The notes beneath the pieces are model-generated. The model was not told where the DNA came from and searched no databases. It saw nothing but the letters and a program-made list of their open reading frames with translations. From Alkalihalobacterium elongatum (GTDB taxonomy: Bacteria > Bacillota > Bacilli > Bacillales > Bacillaceae_F), in assembly GCF_019024285.1 (NCBI RefSeq), contig NZ_WMKZ01000008.1, positions 1 to 24,000 on the forward strand: a DNA stretch of 24,000 bases. The letters are read 5' to 3'. Below are positions 1 to 8,946 of this stretch, piece after piece. Every line of letters begins with the position of its first letter. Position 1 is the first letter of the stretch. A program made the position numbers and the translations under genes.

Positions 1-44
1 TTTGTTATAGCGCAGTAGGTAAAGTGAGTAAATTTTATAGCCCC

Positions 45-78
45 AAAAAAGAAGTTGATATGGATCAACTTCTTTTTT
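45..78. terminator. Bidirectional rho-independent terminator, presumably for a gene ending upstream of the window
   Basis: 9-bp perfect stem GAAGTTGAT (51-59) / ATCAACTTC (64-72) with a 4-nt loop. It is flanked by an A6 run (45-50) and a T6 run (73-78). Confidence 0.7.
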
Positions 79-159
79 GATTCATAAAAACAAGCTGTTC
101 TGAACTGAACAGTTGTAACATAGGTTGTACAAAGAGAGTTTCGCTTAGAGGTGAATGTG

Positions 160-441
160 ATGAAAGGCTTCTTTACAGGAATTGAAACAGCTTTACTTGG
201 AATGGTGTTATTACGTGTTATTTCAGGATTAATTGAACTTTCTGCAGCTGGTCTTATGCTTAAGTTTAATAGTATTGAAAAGGCTGTTGCAATCAATGCT
301 ATTTTAGCAATTGTTGGTCCGCTCGTGTTAATTACAACGATGACAATAGGACTTATTGGATTAGCAGACAAACTTTCAGCCAGTAAACTTATTCTCATTG
401 GATTAGGTGTAACATTAATCCTTATTGGAATTAAAAGATAA
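160..441 (+). CDS. yqhV: YqhV-like small integral membrane protein. The ATG at 160 is preferred over the GTG at 151.
   Basis: The roughly 93-aa hydrophobic protein resembles B. subtilis YqhV from memory (ILAIVGPL...ITTMT motif). It occupies the same position immediately upstream of spoIIIAA. RBS GAGGTGA at 148-154 lies 5 nt before the ATG at 160. Confidence 0.75.
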   Translation: MKGFFTGIETALLGMVLLRVISGLIELSAAGLMLKFNSIEKAVAINAILAIVGPLVLITTMTIGLIGLADKLSASKLILIGLGVTLILIGIKR

Positions 442-470
442 GGAATAAACAAGCTTTTTGTGCATACATT
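442..470 (+). promoter_or_regulatory. Candidate sigma-E-type promoter for the spoIIIA operon
   Basis: CATACATT (463-470) matches the sigma-E -10 consensus CATACAnT. GGAATAA (442-448) lies 14 nt upstream as a weak -35 (consensus approximately kmATAtt). spoIIIA is sigma-E dependent in B. subtilis. Confidence 0.4.
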
Positions 471-582
471 TGGTTGAGACTAGCTTTTTTAGTACTCTTG
501 ACCATCTTTGTAACTTTAGCCTTAACGGTATTTAAATTAAACTGTTTAACTAACTTTTAATGAGGATGAAGGAGAGAGAAAT

Positions 583-1512
583 ATGAAAGAAGTTCTTGAT
601 GTTTTACCAGAGCCGATAGTTCACCTTATTACTCAATGTCCAGACTCATTAAAGAAAGAAATTGAAGAGATTCGCATTCGTGTAAATCGACCGTTAGAAA
701 TAATCGCAAACGGAAAACCTTACTATCCTGAAATCAAAAATCAAGTTTATAAAATCCGTCCAGAAGATGGTCAACATTTACTAAACCAACTAAGTCAATA
801 TTCTCTATATGCTTTTGAAGAAGAATTGAAACGAGGGTTTATAACTATTCGTGGAGGGCATCGAGTTGGTTTAGCAGGCAAGGTCATTATTGACCAGGGG
901 CAAGTAAAAGCATTGAGAGATATTAGCTCCTATAACATTAGAATTGCGAGGCAAAAAATAGGGGTTGCAAATAAGGTAGTTCCACACATTTACCAAAAAG
1001 GTTGGCAAAACACTTTAATTATCGGAGCACCGCAGACAGGAAAGACCACCTTGTTAAGGGATATAGCACGAATTGTTAGTAGTGGAGTACCGGAATTAAG
1101 TATTCCTCCTTGTAAAGTTGGAATTGTTGATGAACGTTCTGAAATAGCAGCGAGTGTCCGAGGAGTTCCTCAACACAACTTAGGTCATCGAATAGATGTC
1201 CTTGATGGTTGTCCGAAAGCAGAGGGAATGATGATGATGATCCGCTCTATGAGCCCTGATGTGTTAATCGTAGATGAGATCGGTAGACAAGAAGATGCAA
1301 TAGCGATAATGGAAGCGATACATGCTGGAGTAAAAATTATTACTACTGTTCACGGTTTTGATATGGAGGAGTTAGAACATCGCCCAACAATTTCACAATT
1401 AATGAAGGCCAATGTCTTTAATCGGTGCATAGAATTAACGAGAAGGAATTCTGCAGGGGCGATTAGGAGAATTCGTAATCAGCTTCGGAAAGATGTGGTG
1501 AGCGTTATTTGA
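583..1512 (+). CDS. spoIIIAA: Stage III sporulation protein AA (AAA+/secretion-type ATPase)
   Basis: Walker A motif GAPQTGKTT and a Walker B-like motif LIVDEIG. It is the first gene of a colinear eight-gene spoIIIA cluster. RBS GGAGAG lies upstream. Confidence 0.95.
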   Translation: MKEVLDVLPEPIVHLITQCPDSLKKEIEEIRIRVNRPLEIIANGKPYYPEIKNQVYKIRPEDGQHLLNQLSQYSLYAFEEELKRGFITIRGGHRVGLAGKVIIDQGQVKALRDISSYNIRIARQKIGVANKVVPHIYQKGWQNTLIIGAPQTGKTTLLRDIARIVSSGVPELSIPPCKVGIVDERSEIAASVRGVPQHNLGHRIDVLDGCPKAEGMMMMIRSMSPDVLIVDEIGRQEDAIAIMEAIHAGVKIITTVHGFDMEELEHRPTISQLMKANVFNRCIELTRRNSAGAIRRIRNQLRKDVVSVI

Positions 1513-2021
1513 AGCTAATAGGTGCAATCATCATTTTAATTGCTACGACTTGGGTCGGTTTTGAAATTGCTAGAAGGCTAAGTGAACGTCCCCGCCAACT
1601 TAGACAATTAAAAATTGCGCTTCAATCTTTAGAGGCTGAAATCATGTATGGAATGACACCATTGGCTGAAGCCTGTCAAAACTTAGCAAAGCAAATGCCT
1701 AAACCAGTGTCTTATTTCTTTTCTCGATTTGCTCATAGACTCAAAAATCAGGAGGAAAGTGTACCAATTGCCTGGGAAGAGAGTTTGAAAGAAACGTGGA
1801 AGTTTACAGCCTTATGTGATGCTGAATATGAAATTATGCAACAATTTGGTACAACACTCGGTCAACATGACCGCACAAACCAGCAGAAACAAATATTGCT
1901 CACAATTAATCATCTTGAACGTGAAGAAAGTGAAGCAAGGGATCGCCAAAATCGCTATGAAAAAATGATAAAAAGTCTAGGGTTTTTAACGGGTTTACTC
2001 ATTATTATATTAATGTTGTGA
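1509..2021 (+). CDS. spoIIIAB: Stage III sporulation protein AB
   Basis: 170 aa with N- and C-terminal TM segments, matching the position and size of SpoIIIAB. The TTG start overlaps the spoIIIAA TGA stop (TTGA), and RBS GGTGAG lies 7 nt upstream. Confidence 0.9.
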   Translation: MKLIGAIIILIATTWVGFEIARRLSERPRQLRQLKIALQSLEAEIMYGMTPLAEACQNLAKQMPKPVSYFFSRFAHRLKNQEESVPIAWEESLKETWKFTALCDAEYEIMQQFGTTLGQHDRTNQQKQILLTINHLEREESEARDRQNRYEKMIKSLGFLTGLLIIILML

Positions 2022-2058
2022 GACTTTTGCATCTTCAGGAATAAGGGAGGGTTTAACG

Positions 2059-2265
2059 GTGGCATATGATGTAAATACCATCTTTCAAATCGCAGGAATA
2101 GGAATCGTTGTTGCCATGATTCATACCGTTCTAAAACAAATGGGGAAAGACGATTGGGCACAATGGGTAACACTCATTGGATTTGTCGTAGTTCTTTATA
2201 TGGTGGCATCAATCGTTGACGACTTATTCCAAAAAATAAAAGGTGTATTCTTATTTCAAGGTTAG
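2059..2265 (+). CDS. spoIIIAC: Stage III sporulation protein AC
   Basis: The 68-aa two-TM protein closely resembles B. subtilis SpoIIIAC from memory (VN.IFQIAG.GIVVA...DDLF.KIK.VFLFQG). GTG start with RBS AGGGAGGG. Confidence 0.93.
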   Translation: MAYDVNTIFQIAGIGIVVAMIHTVLKQMGKDDWAQWVTLIGFVVVLYMVASIVDDLFQKIKGVFLFQG

Positions 2266-2268
2266 GGG

Positions 2269-2667
2269 GTGGTGACCATTGAAATTATTCAAATTGTCGG
2301 ATTAGGGCTAATCACCACCTTTCTAGCTCTCGTTGTAAAAGAGCAAAAGCCGATCTTTGCTTTTCTATTAACTGTATTCGTTGGTATTCTAATTTTCTTA
2401 TTTATTATAGATGAGATAGTCAAAGTGATTACTATGCTTGAGAATATAGCGAAAAATGCCAATATTAATATGGTCTACGTTCAAACAATCTTAAAGATTA
2501 TTGGCATTGCCTATATAGCTGAATTTGGAGCACAAATTGCAAAAGATGCTGGACAAGCAGCAATTGCTTCAAAAATTGAGCTGGCAGGAAAAATATTAAT
2601 TCTAGTAATGGCCATTCCGATATTAACTTCCATCATCGAAATGATCATCTCGTTAATTCCAGGTTAA
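2269..2667 (+). CDS. spoIIIAD: Stage III sporulation protein AD
   Basis: The 132-aa polytopic membrane protein resembles SpoIIIAD (IVQIVGLGLI...KEQKP.FAF...IGIAYIAEFGAQ..KDAGQ.AIASKIELAGKILILVMA.PIL). The start could be GTG 2269 or GTG 2272. Confidence 0.92.
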   Translation: MVTIEIIQIVGLGLITTFLALVVKEQKPIFAFLLTVFVGILIFLFIIDEIVKVITMLENIAKNANINMVYVQTILKIIGIAYIAEFGAQIAKDAGQAAIASKIELAGKILILVMAIPILTSIIEMIISLIPG

Positions 2668-2714
2668 TTAAGTTGTACAAGCATTCTCCCATTAAAAATA
2701 GAGGGGGTGAAGAG

Positions 2715-3884
2715 ATGCGCCTTTTTACAGTATGTTTTTTCGCTTTTATGCTATTTATACCATTTCACGTATCTGCCGAGACTGCAACCATTGATGAACA
2801 AACTTTCGTAGAAGAACAATTGGAGAAATTAGGAGTAGATGAGGTTAGAGAATATTGGGATAAGATTGCAACAGAATATGGAGGGTTTCTACCAGAAAGT
2901 CAAAAAGGCACATTTATGGAATTTGTGAAAGGTGAAAAAGAGTTTTCCATTAAAGAATGGTTTGGTGGACTTATTAAATTTTTTCTTCATGAATTATTAG
3001 TAAATGGAAAGCTCCTTGGTTCACTTATTCTATTAACTATTTTTGCAATGGTTTTACAATCCTTACAAAATGCTTTTGAGCAGCATACGATTAGTAAGGT
3101 GGCTTATGCGATTACCTACATGGTATTGATCGTAATTGCATTAAACAGTTTTCATGTTGCGATATCCTACGCTTCTGATGCAATTAGTAATATGATCCAT
3201 TTCATGATTGCATTACTGCCCTTACTGTTAGCATTAATGGCGGCTGTAGGAAGTGTTACATCCGTAGCGTTATTTCACCCATTGATCGTCTTTCTTGTTA
3301 ATACAAGTGGTCTTTTAATACAGCATATTGTAATGCCTTTACTGTTCTTATCTGCTTTGTTAAGTATCGTGAGTACACTTAGTGATCATTATAAGGTTAC
3401 CAAGCTAGCAAACTTCCTACGCAATTTTAGTATTGGAATATTAGGAGTGTTTTTAACCGTTTTTCTCGGTGTTATATCAGTTCAAGGTGCAACTTCAGCT
3501 GTTGCTGATGGTATTACAGTAAGGACAGCAAAGTTTATAGCAGGTAACTTTGTTCCAGTTGTTGGTAGGATGTTTACCGATGCAGCGGATACTGTAATGG
3601 GTGCTAGTGTCTTATTGAAAAATACAGTTGGACTAGCTGGTCTATCCATACTTCTTTTACTATGTGCGTTTCCAGCAATAAAGGTATTGTCACTTGCAAT
3701 CATTTATACAGTTGCAGCTGCAGTTCTACAACCATTAGGTGGTGGTCCAATCATTGATTGCTTATCTATCATTGGTAAATCAGTTATTTTCATATTTGCA
3801 GCACTTGCAACAGTATGCCTAATGTTCTTTTTAGCATTAACGATTATTATTGCAGCTGGAAATGTTTCATTAATGATGCGGTAA
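2715..3884 (+). CDS. spoIIIAE: Stage III sporulation protein AE (polytopic membrane protein with signal peptide)
   Basis: It has a signal-like N-terminus (MRLFTVCFFAFMLFIPFHVSAE) followed by many TM segments, in the conserved operon position. The ATG at 2715 with RBS GAGGGGGTG (2701-2709) is preferred over the tracked TTG at 2673. Confidence 0.9.
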   Translation: MRLFTVCFFAFMLFIPFHVSAETATIDEQTFVEEQLEKLGVDEVREYWDKIATEYGGFLPESQKGTFMEFVKGEKEFSIKEWFGGLIKFFLHELLVNGKLLGSLILLTIFAMVLQSLQNAFEQHTISKVAYAITYMVLIVIALNSFHVAISYASDAISNMIHFMIALLPLLLALMAAVGSVTSVALFHPLIVFLVNTSGLLIQHIVMPLLFLSALLSIVSTLSDHYKVTKLANFLRNFSIGILGVFLTVFLGVISVQGATSAVADGITVRTAKFIAGNFVPVVGRMFTDAADTVMGASVLLKNTVGLAGLSILLLLCAFPAIKVLSLAIIYTVAAAVLQPLGGGPIIDCLSIIGKSVIFIFAALATVCLMFFLALTIIIAAGNVSLMMR

Positions 3885-3896
3885 GGGGTGTGAAAA

Positions 3897-4529
3897 ATGA
3901 GCTTTTTAACAGACTGGCTAACAAATATTATTATATTTATTTTACTAGCTACGATCCTAGAGCTCCTATTACCGAATTCTAGTATGCAACGCTATGTCAA
4001 AATGGTTGTTGGTCTATTGTTATTGGTTATTATTCTTAATCCTTTGCTTTCCATTTTTTCTAAAGATATTAACGATATAATTCCTGGATTTTCCAATAAT
4101 GAGCATATTTCAGAAAAATCTTTAGAAAATTCAATAGAAAGAAAGAAAATAGAAATAGAAAGAGGACAACGTGCATATATTTCAGAACAGATGGCTGTCC
4201 CAATGAAGAGACAAGTAGAAGAGGAGTTGGTGGCAAGGTTTGATGTAGAAATTGATAGTGTTCTTATTACCCTCGATGAATTTGCCTTTGATGCAACAGA
4301 TGAAGGTGCAGTTGTTCAGGTGACTGTGTATCTTAAAACAGTAGCAGAAGAGGAAAGTGAAGGAGATCTTGTTCAAGCAGTATCTGTGGTAAATATCGAT
4401 ACTAGTAAAGAAATACCTACAAAAGAAAATACAAAAGTGGATGTAGTACCAATCCAATCATTCTTAGCTGATGAATGGCAAATTCCTAAAGATAAAATTT
4501 CTTTAGCCTGGGAAGGAGGGGAGCAGTGA
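3897..4529 (+). CDS. spoIIIAF: Stage III sporulation protein AF
   Basis: Two N-terminal TM segments plus a soluble C-terminal domain, with SpoIIIAF size and position. RBS AAGGGGTG. Confidence 0.88.
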   Translation: MSFLTDWLTNIIIFILLATILELLLPNSSMQRYVKMVVGLLLLVIILNPLLSIFSKDINDIIPGFSNNEHISEKSLENSIERKKIEIERGQRAYISEQMAVPMKRQVEEELVARFDVEIDSVLITLDEFAFDATDEGAVVQVTVYLKTVAEEESEGDLVQAVSVVNIDTSKEIPTKENTKVDVVPIQSFLADEWQIPKDKISLAWEGGEQ

Positions 4530-4530
4530 T

Positions 4531-5193
4531 ATGGAAAAAGGTGACAAAGGGGATAAGCAATGGTTAAAAAAGCTGTTTGACCAAAAAGCTGGCAGTCCAA
4601 AGAAAAAAAATACGATCCAATACGTGATCATGGTCCTTTGTGTAGGTGTTGGACTGATGATATTAGGAAATTTCATTGGAGATGATCAAAGTGCTCCACC
4701 AAGTGAACCCGTCTTTAATCAAAAAGAAAATGAAGAGGTAGAACCAGCTTTAGGGAGAAATAGCTCTTCAGGTCCTATGACGATGGAAGACTATGAAATT
4801 CGTTATGAAAATCAGCTGAAGGAAGTTTTAGAACAAATGATAGGCGTTTCTGAAGTTTCCATTATGATCAATCTAGCGGAAACTGAAAGAAAGGTGTATG
4901 AACGAAATGTTCATACAAAACACCAAAAAACGGATGAGACTGACCGTGAAGGTGGAACAAGACAAGTAGATGACTTAACGAGAGATGAACAAGTTGTCAT
5001 TGTCCGTAAAGGAGACAGTGAGGAACCGCTTTTAGTAAAGAAACAAAAACCTGAAATTCGCGGCGTCCTTGTCGTCGCTTCAGGGGCTGACAATATGCAA
5101 GTAAAAGCAAGGATAGTTGAAGCTGTTAGTCGAGTTCTGGATGTTCCAGCTCACCGAGTATCAGTAATGCCTAAGAAATTAAAGGAGGAATAA
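4531..5193 (+). CDS. spoIIIAG: Stage III sporulation protein AG (ring-forming, YscJ/FliF-like fold)
   Basis: A single TM segment followed by a conserved C-terminal domain (PEIRGVLVVA.GA....VKARIVEAVSRVLDVPAHRVSV.P). RBS GGAGGGG. Conserved operon position. Confidence 0.9.
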   Translation: MEKGDKGDKQWLKKLFDQKAGSPKKKNTIQYVIMVLCVGVGLMILGNFIGDDQSAPPSEPVFNQKENEEVEPALGRNSSSGPMTMEDYEIRYENQLKEVLEQMIGVSEVSIMINLAETERKVYERNVHTKHQKTDETDREGGTRQVDDLTRDEQVVIVRKGDSEEPLLVKKQKPEIRGVLVVASGADNMQVKARIVEAVSRVLDVPAHRVSVMPKKLKEE

Positions 5194-5196
5194 AAA

Positions 5197-5817
5197 ATGG
5201 TATTAAAGAAACAAACAGTATGGTTATTAACAATGCTAAGCTTAATCGTAGTTTTATCAGTTTATTACATGACATCCCAGCCTCAAAACACAACAGATTT
5301 AGCGTATATGGATGAAGAAATGGAAGGTATTGAAGAATTGATGGGTGAAGAAGATGCTGGCCAAGTTTCTGTAAATATTGAAGAAGATGAAATGGAAGAG
5401 ATGATGACAGAGGGTAACAATGAAGATGAAGGTGAAGTTGAAGAGGGAATGATCTCAGCAATTAATAGTGATGAATTCTTTACGGAAATTCGCCTAGATC
5501 GTGAAGTGTCTCGTAGCAAGATGTTACAGGAATATACAAACATCATCGCTGAAGCTGATGTTCCAGCTCAAGTAAAAGTAGAAGCATTAGAAAAACAAAA
5601 TAATTTACTTGCATTAGAACAGAAAGAAAATTTACTAGAAACATTAATTCGCTCAAAAGGTTATAAAGATGTACTCGTTTTATCTGAGGAAGAGCAAGTA
5701 AAAATTATTGTAAAAGCAGATGAACTAACAAAAGAACAAGCTAATGAAATTCTTCTAATGGCTAATGAACAATTAGGAGAGAGGTTAGTTGTGGTAGGGC
5801 ATCAACCGACTAAATAA
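5197..5817 (+). CDS. spoIIIAH: Stage III sporulation protein AH (SpoIIIAH/SpoIIQ channel component)
   Basis: N-terminal TM segment, an acidic linker and a YscJ-like C-terminal domain (FF.E.RL.RE..RSK..E...). It is the last gene of the cluster. RBS AAAGGAGG. Confidence 0.9.
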   Translation: MVLKKQTVWLLTMLSLIVVLSVYYMTSQPQNTTDLAYMDEEMEGIEELMGEEDAGQVSVNIEEDEMEEMMTEGNNEDEGEVEEGMISAINSDEFFTEIRLDREVSRSKMLQEYTNIIAEADVPAQVKVEALEKQNNLLALEQKENLLETLIRSKGYKDVLVLSEEEQVKIIVKADELTKEQANEILLMANEQLGERLVVVGHQPTK

Positions 5818-5831
5818 ATTTAAGGTAAAAG

Positions 5832-5861
5832 GGGGCTACTATATTCAGTTAGCCTCTTTTT
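5832..5861 (+). terminator. Rho-independent terminator after spoIIIAH
   Basis: Stem GGGGCTA (5832-5838) / TAGCCTC (5850-5856), 7 bp including one G-U pair, with an 11-nt loop followed by TTTTT (5857-5861). Confidence 0.55.
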
Positions 5862-5929
5862 GTTATTCAATGTTTATATCCTTATTCAATTGGAACATGC
5901 TATACTATAATGCGAAGGAAACGATGAAA

Positions 5930-5938
5930 TGGTATAAT
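5930..5938 (+). promoter_or_regulatory. Candidate extended -10 promoter (TGgTATAAT) for the orphan ORF and possibly accBC
   Basis: TG at 5930-5931 and TATAAT at 5933-5938. There is no good -35. A second TATAAT at 5906-5911 also has a poor -35 (TATTCA). Confidence 0.35.
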
Positions 5939-5993
5939 ACGTCAATATCGGAGTACTAAAAGCTTGTAAGTATGATTTTATGAGGTGATAATT

Positions 5994-6344
5994 GTGGAAT
6001 GGAATGATTTAACAGAAGGTGCAAAAGCAGTATTCGAACAAACTCGTAACTTAAAGAATGATAATATTCAAATTGTTGAATTTGAAGTTGGATTTGTGCA
6101 GGATTTTGAAACTGAAGGCGGAAATACATATACAGTATCCATCCAAGAAGAGGACTACGCTAGTATTAAAAGATATACCCAAGAGAATGAATATGGTGAA
6201 AAGTATCATATGGCAAGAAATAAGAATATTGTAAAGCTCATTCTTTTAGAGAACGGTAAGATACCAGATAACTTATCTGAGTTTCCTGTATTCCGCCAAT
6301 ATAAGAATGATGCAATTGTTAAAGAAGTAGAAACAAATGAATAA
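5994..6344 (+). CDS. Hypothetical small soluble protein (116 aa from GTG 5994; 119 aa from GTG 5985). No family recognised.
   Basis: Open frame with RBS GAGGTGA (5982-5988) 5 nt before the GTG at 5994. Composition is acidic and hydrophilic with no TM segment. It lies between spoIIIAH and accB, which are adjacent in B. subtilis as I recall. Confidence 0.6.
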   Translation: MEWNDLTEGAKAVFEQTRNLKNDNIQIVEFEVGFVQDFETEGGNTYTVSIQEEDYASIKRYTQENEYGEKYHMARNKNIVKLILLENGKIPDNLSEFPVFRQYKNDAIVKEVETNE

Positions 6345-6380
6345 AACAGTTAGCAGAGATCGTGAAGGGATAATCTGATT

Positions 6381-6896
6381 ATGTTAAAAATTCAAGACAT
6401 TAAAGAATTAATAAGAGTTATTGATAAGTCGACCATTGATTACGTAAAAGTTGAACAGGATGGTACGAAATTAACGATTAAAAGAAACACAAACCAAGCA
6501 ATAAGTACATCAACAACTGTATCGACTCCAGCACTTCAAGAAAACGTGCAAAAAATTCAACCAGAAGTGGCAAAGCCAGTTGATACCGAAAAAACAGTGG
6601 TTACCGAAAAAACAATAGAAACAACCGTTCAACCTGAAGCAAAAGTTGAGGATAACTACATGACAATTAAGTCTCCAATGGTTGGGACTTTTTATGCGGC
6701 ACCAGCACCAGATGCAGAGCCGTACATCAAAACAGGTGATCATGTAAATGAGAGTACGATTGTTTGTATTGTCGAAGCGATGAAATTAATGAATGAACTC
6801 GAAGCTGAAGTTAAAGGGAAAGTTGTTGAAATACTCGTTCAAAATGGGGAATTAGTAGAATATGGACAACCGCTATTTGTTGTTCAACCAGATTAG
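6381..6896 (+). CDS. accB: Acetyl-CoA carboxylase biotin carboxyl carrier protein
   Basis: Biotinyl-lysine motif EAMKLMNE, a T/E/P/A-rich linker, and the C-terminal lipoyl/biotinyl fold signature (GQPLFVV). It lies directly upstream of accC. Confidence 0.95.
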   Translation: MLKIQDIKELIRVIDKSTIDYVKVEQDGTKLTIKRNTNQAISTSTTVSTPALQENVQKIQPEVAKPVDTEKTVVTEKTIETTVQPEAKVEDNYMTIKSPMVGTFYAAPAPDAEPYIKTGDHVNESTIVCIVEAMKLMNELEAEVKGKVVEILVQNGELVEYGQPLFVVQPD

Positions 6897-6908
6897 GGAG
6901 AGTTTATA

Positions 6909-8261
6909 ATGATAAAAAAGGTTCTAATTGCAAACCGAGGAGAGATAGCCGTTCGAATTATTCGAGCTTGTAAAGAGTTAGGAATTGAAACGGTTGCTGT
7001 TTATTCAGAAGCCGATAAAGACGCACTTCACGTTCGACTTGCAGACCAAGCATTTTGCATTGGGCCAACTCCTTCGGCAAAAAGCTACCTAAACTTCACA
7101 AACATCATGAGTGTAGCTACCTTAACGGAGGTTGATGCCATTCATCCTGGTTATGGATTTTTAGCTGAAAATGCTGACTTTGCTGAGATTTGTTCCGCTT
7201 GTAATGTGACATTTGTTGGACCAAGTCCAGAAGCTATTAATAGAATGGGAACTAAAGATGTAGCAAGAGAAACAATGGCAAAAGCAAATGTACCAATTGT
7301 TCCTGGATCAAAAGGAATTATTGAAGATGTTGAAGCAGGCTTAAAAGTAGCTAGTGAAATTGGATACCCAGTCATTATTAAAGCAACAGCTGGCGGTGGT
7401 GGAAAAGGTATCCGCGTTGCTCGCAATGAAACAGAGTTAAAAAAAGGTGTACAAATAACACAGCAGGAAGCAAGTACAGCTTTCGGTAATCCTGGTGTTT
7501 ACCTAGAAAAATACATAGAAGACTTCCGCCATGTTGAAATTCAAGTACTTGCAGATAATTATGGGAATGTTATTCATTTAGGAGAGAGAGATTGTAGTAT
7601 TCAAAGAAGATTGCAGAAGCTTTTAGAGGAAACACCTTCTCCAGCTCTTGACCAAGAAATGAGAGAGGAAATGGGAGAAGCAGCAGTAGCAGCTGCAAAG
7701 GCCGTTAATTACTCTGGCGCAGGAACTGTTGAATTTATCTATGACTACCGTAATCAGCAGTTCTACTTTATGGAGATGAATACGAGGATACAAGTTGAGC
7801 ATCCAGTAACAGAAATGGTCACTGGAATAGATCTAATTAAGGAACAACTTCTTGTTGCATCAGGTAAACAACTTTCAGTAACACAAGAAGAAGTGACTAT
7901 GAGTGGTTGGTCGATTGAATGTCGTATTAATGCTGAAAACCCAAGTAAAAACTTTATGCCTTCACCTGGTAAAATTACAAAATATCTCCCACCTGGTGGT
8001 CTAGGTGTCCGTGTGGACTCTGCAGCGTATCCAGGGTACATGATTTCCCCTTTTTATGACTCCATGATAGCAAAGGTTATAACCTACGGTGCTACACGGG
8101 AAGAAGCAATCGCAAGGATGAAAAGAGCTTTATCAGAGTTTGAAATCGAAGGAATTGACACTACGATTCCATTTCATCTGCAGTTACTTAGTCATGAAAA
8201 ATTTATTTCAGGTGATTTTAACACTAAATTTTTGGAAGAACATGATTTAACCTTGAAGTAA
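6909..8261 (+). CDS. accC: Acetyl-CoA carboxylase biotin carboxylase subunit
   Basis: Typical motifs: [16 protein letters not shown], the ATP-grasp segment [20 protein letters not shown], and a length of 450 aa. Confidence 0.97.
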   Translation: MIKKVLIANRGEIAVRIIRACKELGIETVAVYSEADKDALHVRLADQAFCIGPTPSAKSYLNFTNIMSVATLTEVDAIHPGYGFLAENADFAEICSACNVTFVGPSPEAINRMGTKDVARETMAKANVPIVPGSKGIIEDVEAGLKVASEIGYPVIIKATAGGGGKGIRVARNETELKKGVQITQQEASTAFGNPGVYLEKYIEDFRHVEIQVLADNYGNVIHLGERDCSIQRRLQKLLEETPSPALDQEMREEMGEAAVAAAKAVNYSGAGTVEFIYDYRNQQFYFMEMNTRIQVEHPVTEMVTGIDLIKEQLLVASGKQLSVTQEEVTMSGWSIECRINAENPSKNFMPSPGKITKYLPPGGLGVRVDSAAYPGYMISPFYDSMIAKVITYGATREEAIARMKRALSEFEIEGIDTTIPFHLQLLSHEKFISGDFNTKFLEEHDLTLK

Positions 8262-8305
8262 TATGGTAAAATGAAAATAAGGCTGAATGTTGGAGGTGCG
8301 CTACG

Positions 8306-8710
8306 ATGGCAGAAAACCATATCATAGACCTAGAGGAACAAAAAAATGACCTAGGTAAAGTTGAGATTTCTCCAGAAGTAATTGAAGTAATTGCTGGTAT
8401 CGCAGCATCAGAAGTTGACGGTGTTGCAACAATGAGAGGTAACTTTGCAACAGGTGTCGCTGAGCGATTAGGAAGAAAAAATCATGGTAAAGGTGTAAAA
8501 GTTGAGCTGAAGGAAGATGGCATTGTTGTGGATGTATCAGTAGTTATTATCTACGGTGTTTCAATTCCCGATGTAGCTAAGAAAATTCAATCAAATGTGA
8601 AGCAAGCACTACAGACGATGACAGGTATTGATCTTGAAGCAGTAAATGTTCATGTGGTTGGTGTGCAATTTGAATCTCAAACAGAGCCACAAGAAGTAAT
8701 TGAAGAATAA
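8306..8710 (+). CDS. yqhY: Asp23/Gls24-family envelope stress protein (YqhY-like)
   Basis: The sequence has the Asp23-family pattern (G.V.IS.EVIE.IAG.AA.EV.GV..M...). It holds the conserved position after accC, as in B. subtilis. Confidence 0.88.
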   Translation: MAENHIIDLEEQKNDLGKVEISPEVIEVIAGIAASEVDGVATMRGNFATGVAERLGRKNHGKGVKVELKEDGIVVDVSVVIIYGVSIPDVAKKIQSNVKQALQTMTGIDLEAVNVHVVGVQFESQTEPQEVIEE

Positions 8711-8765
8711 ATTGAAGAAAATAGTTATTAACTGAATTGACGGTGGGAATACTATTTCTAAACAA

Positions 8766-8797
8766 ACAGCCAAAGGATTATACCTTTGGCTGTTTTC
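8766..8797 (+). terminator. Rho-independent terminator after the Asp23-family gene
   Basis: 11-bp perfect stem ACAGCCAAAGG (8766-8776) / CCTTTGGCTGT (8783-8793) with a 6-nt loop and a trailing TTTT. Confidence 0.85.
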
Positions 8798-8946
8798 TAA
8801 TTGATAATGAGCAATAAATAGTTAAACAGAGAAGAAAAACCGACAAAAAAGTCGTAAATTCAATAAATATCGGCAATCTCTGTTATCGGCTAGTAGAATA
8901 TGCTATTATCATACATATAATTAGGCAACAGAAGGAGAAAACACGT

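Noticed and set aside
1509-1512. Start/stop overlaps TTGA (spoIIIAA/AB) and GTGA (xseB/ispA at 11849-11852)
   Set aside because: These overlaps are real, but they are ordinary translational coupling in compact operons and not noteworthy.
2673-2714. Upstream TTG start for spoIIIAE (MYKHSPIKNRGGEE extension), and likewise the 22210 start for the steA-like gene
   Set aside because: The internal ATGs at 2715 and 22270 are preceded by good Shine-Dalgarno sequences and give N-termini that match the expected protein architecture. The extensions overlap what look like RBS and promoter sequences.
5171-5546. Two minus-strand ORFs (96 and 87 aa) antisense to spoIIIAH
   Set aside because: They are mirror images of the GAA/GAT-rich acidic linker, whose antisense reads as Ser/Leu/Phe-rich without stops. 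They are fully contained in a confidently called gene.
7151-8041. Antisense ORFs within accC, and similar ones within spoIIIAE, spoIIIAF, nusB, xseA, ispA, dxs, argR, recN and steA
   Set aside because: All are embedded antisense in strongly supported conserved genes, lack RBS motifs and have no recognisable features. They are typical six-frame noise.
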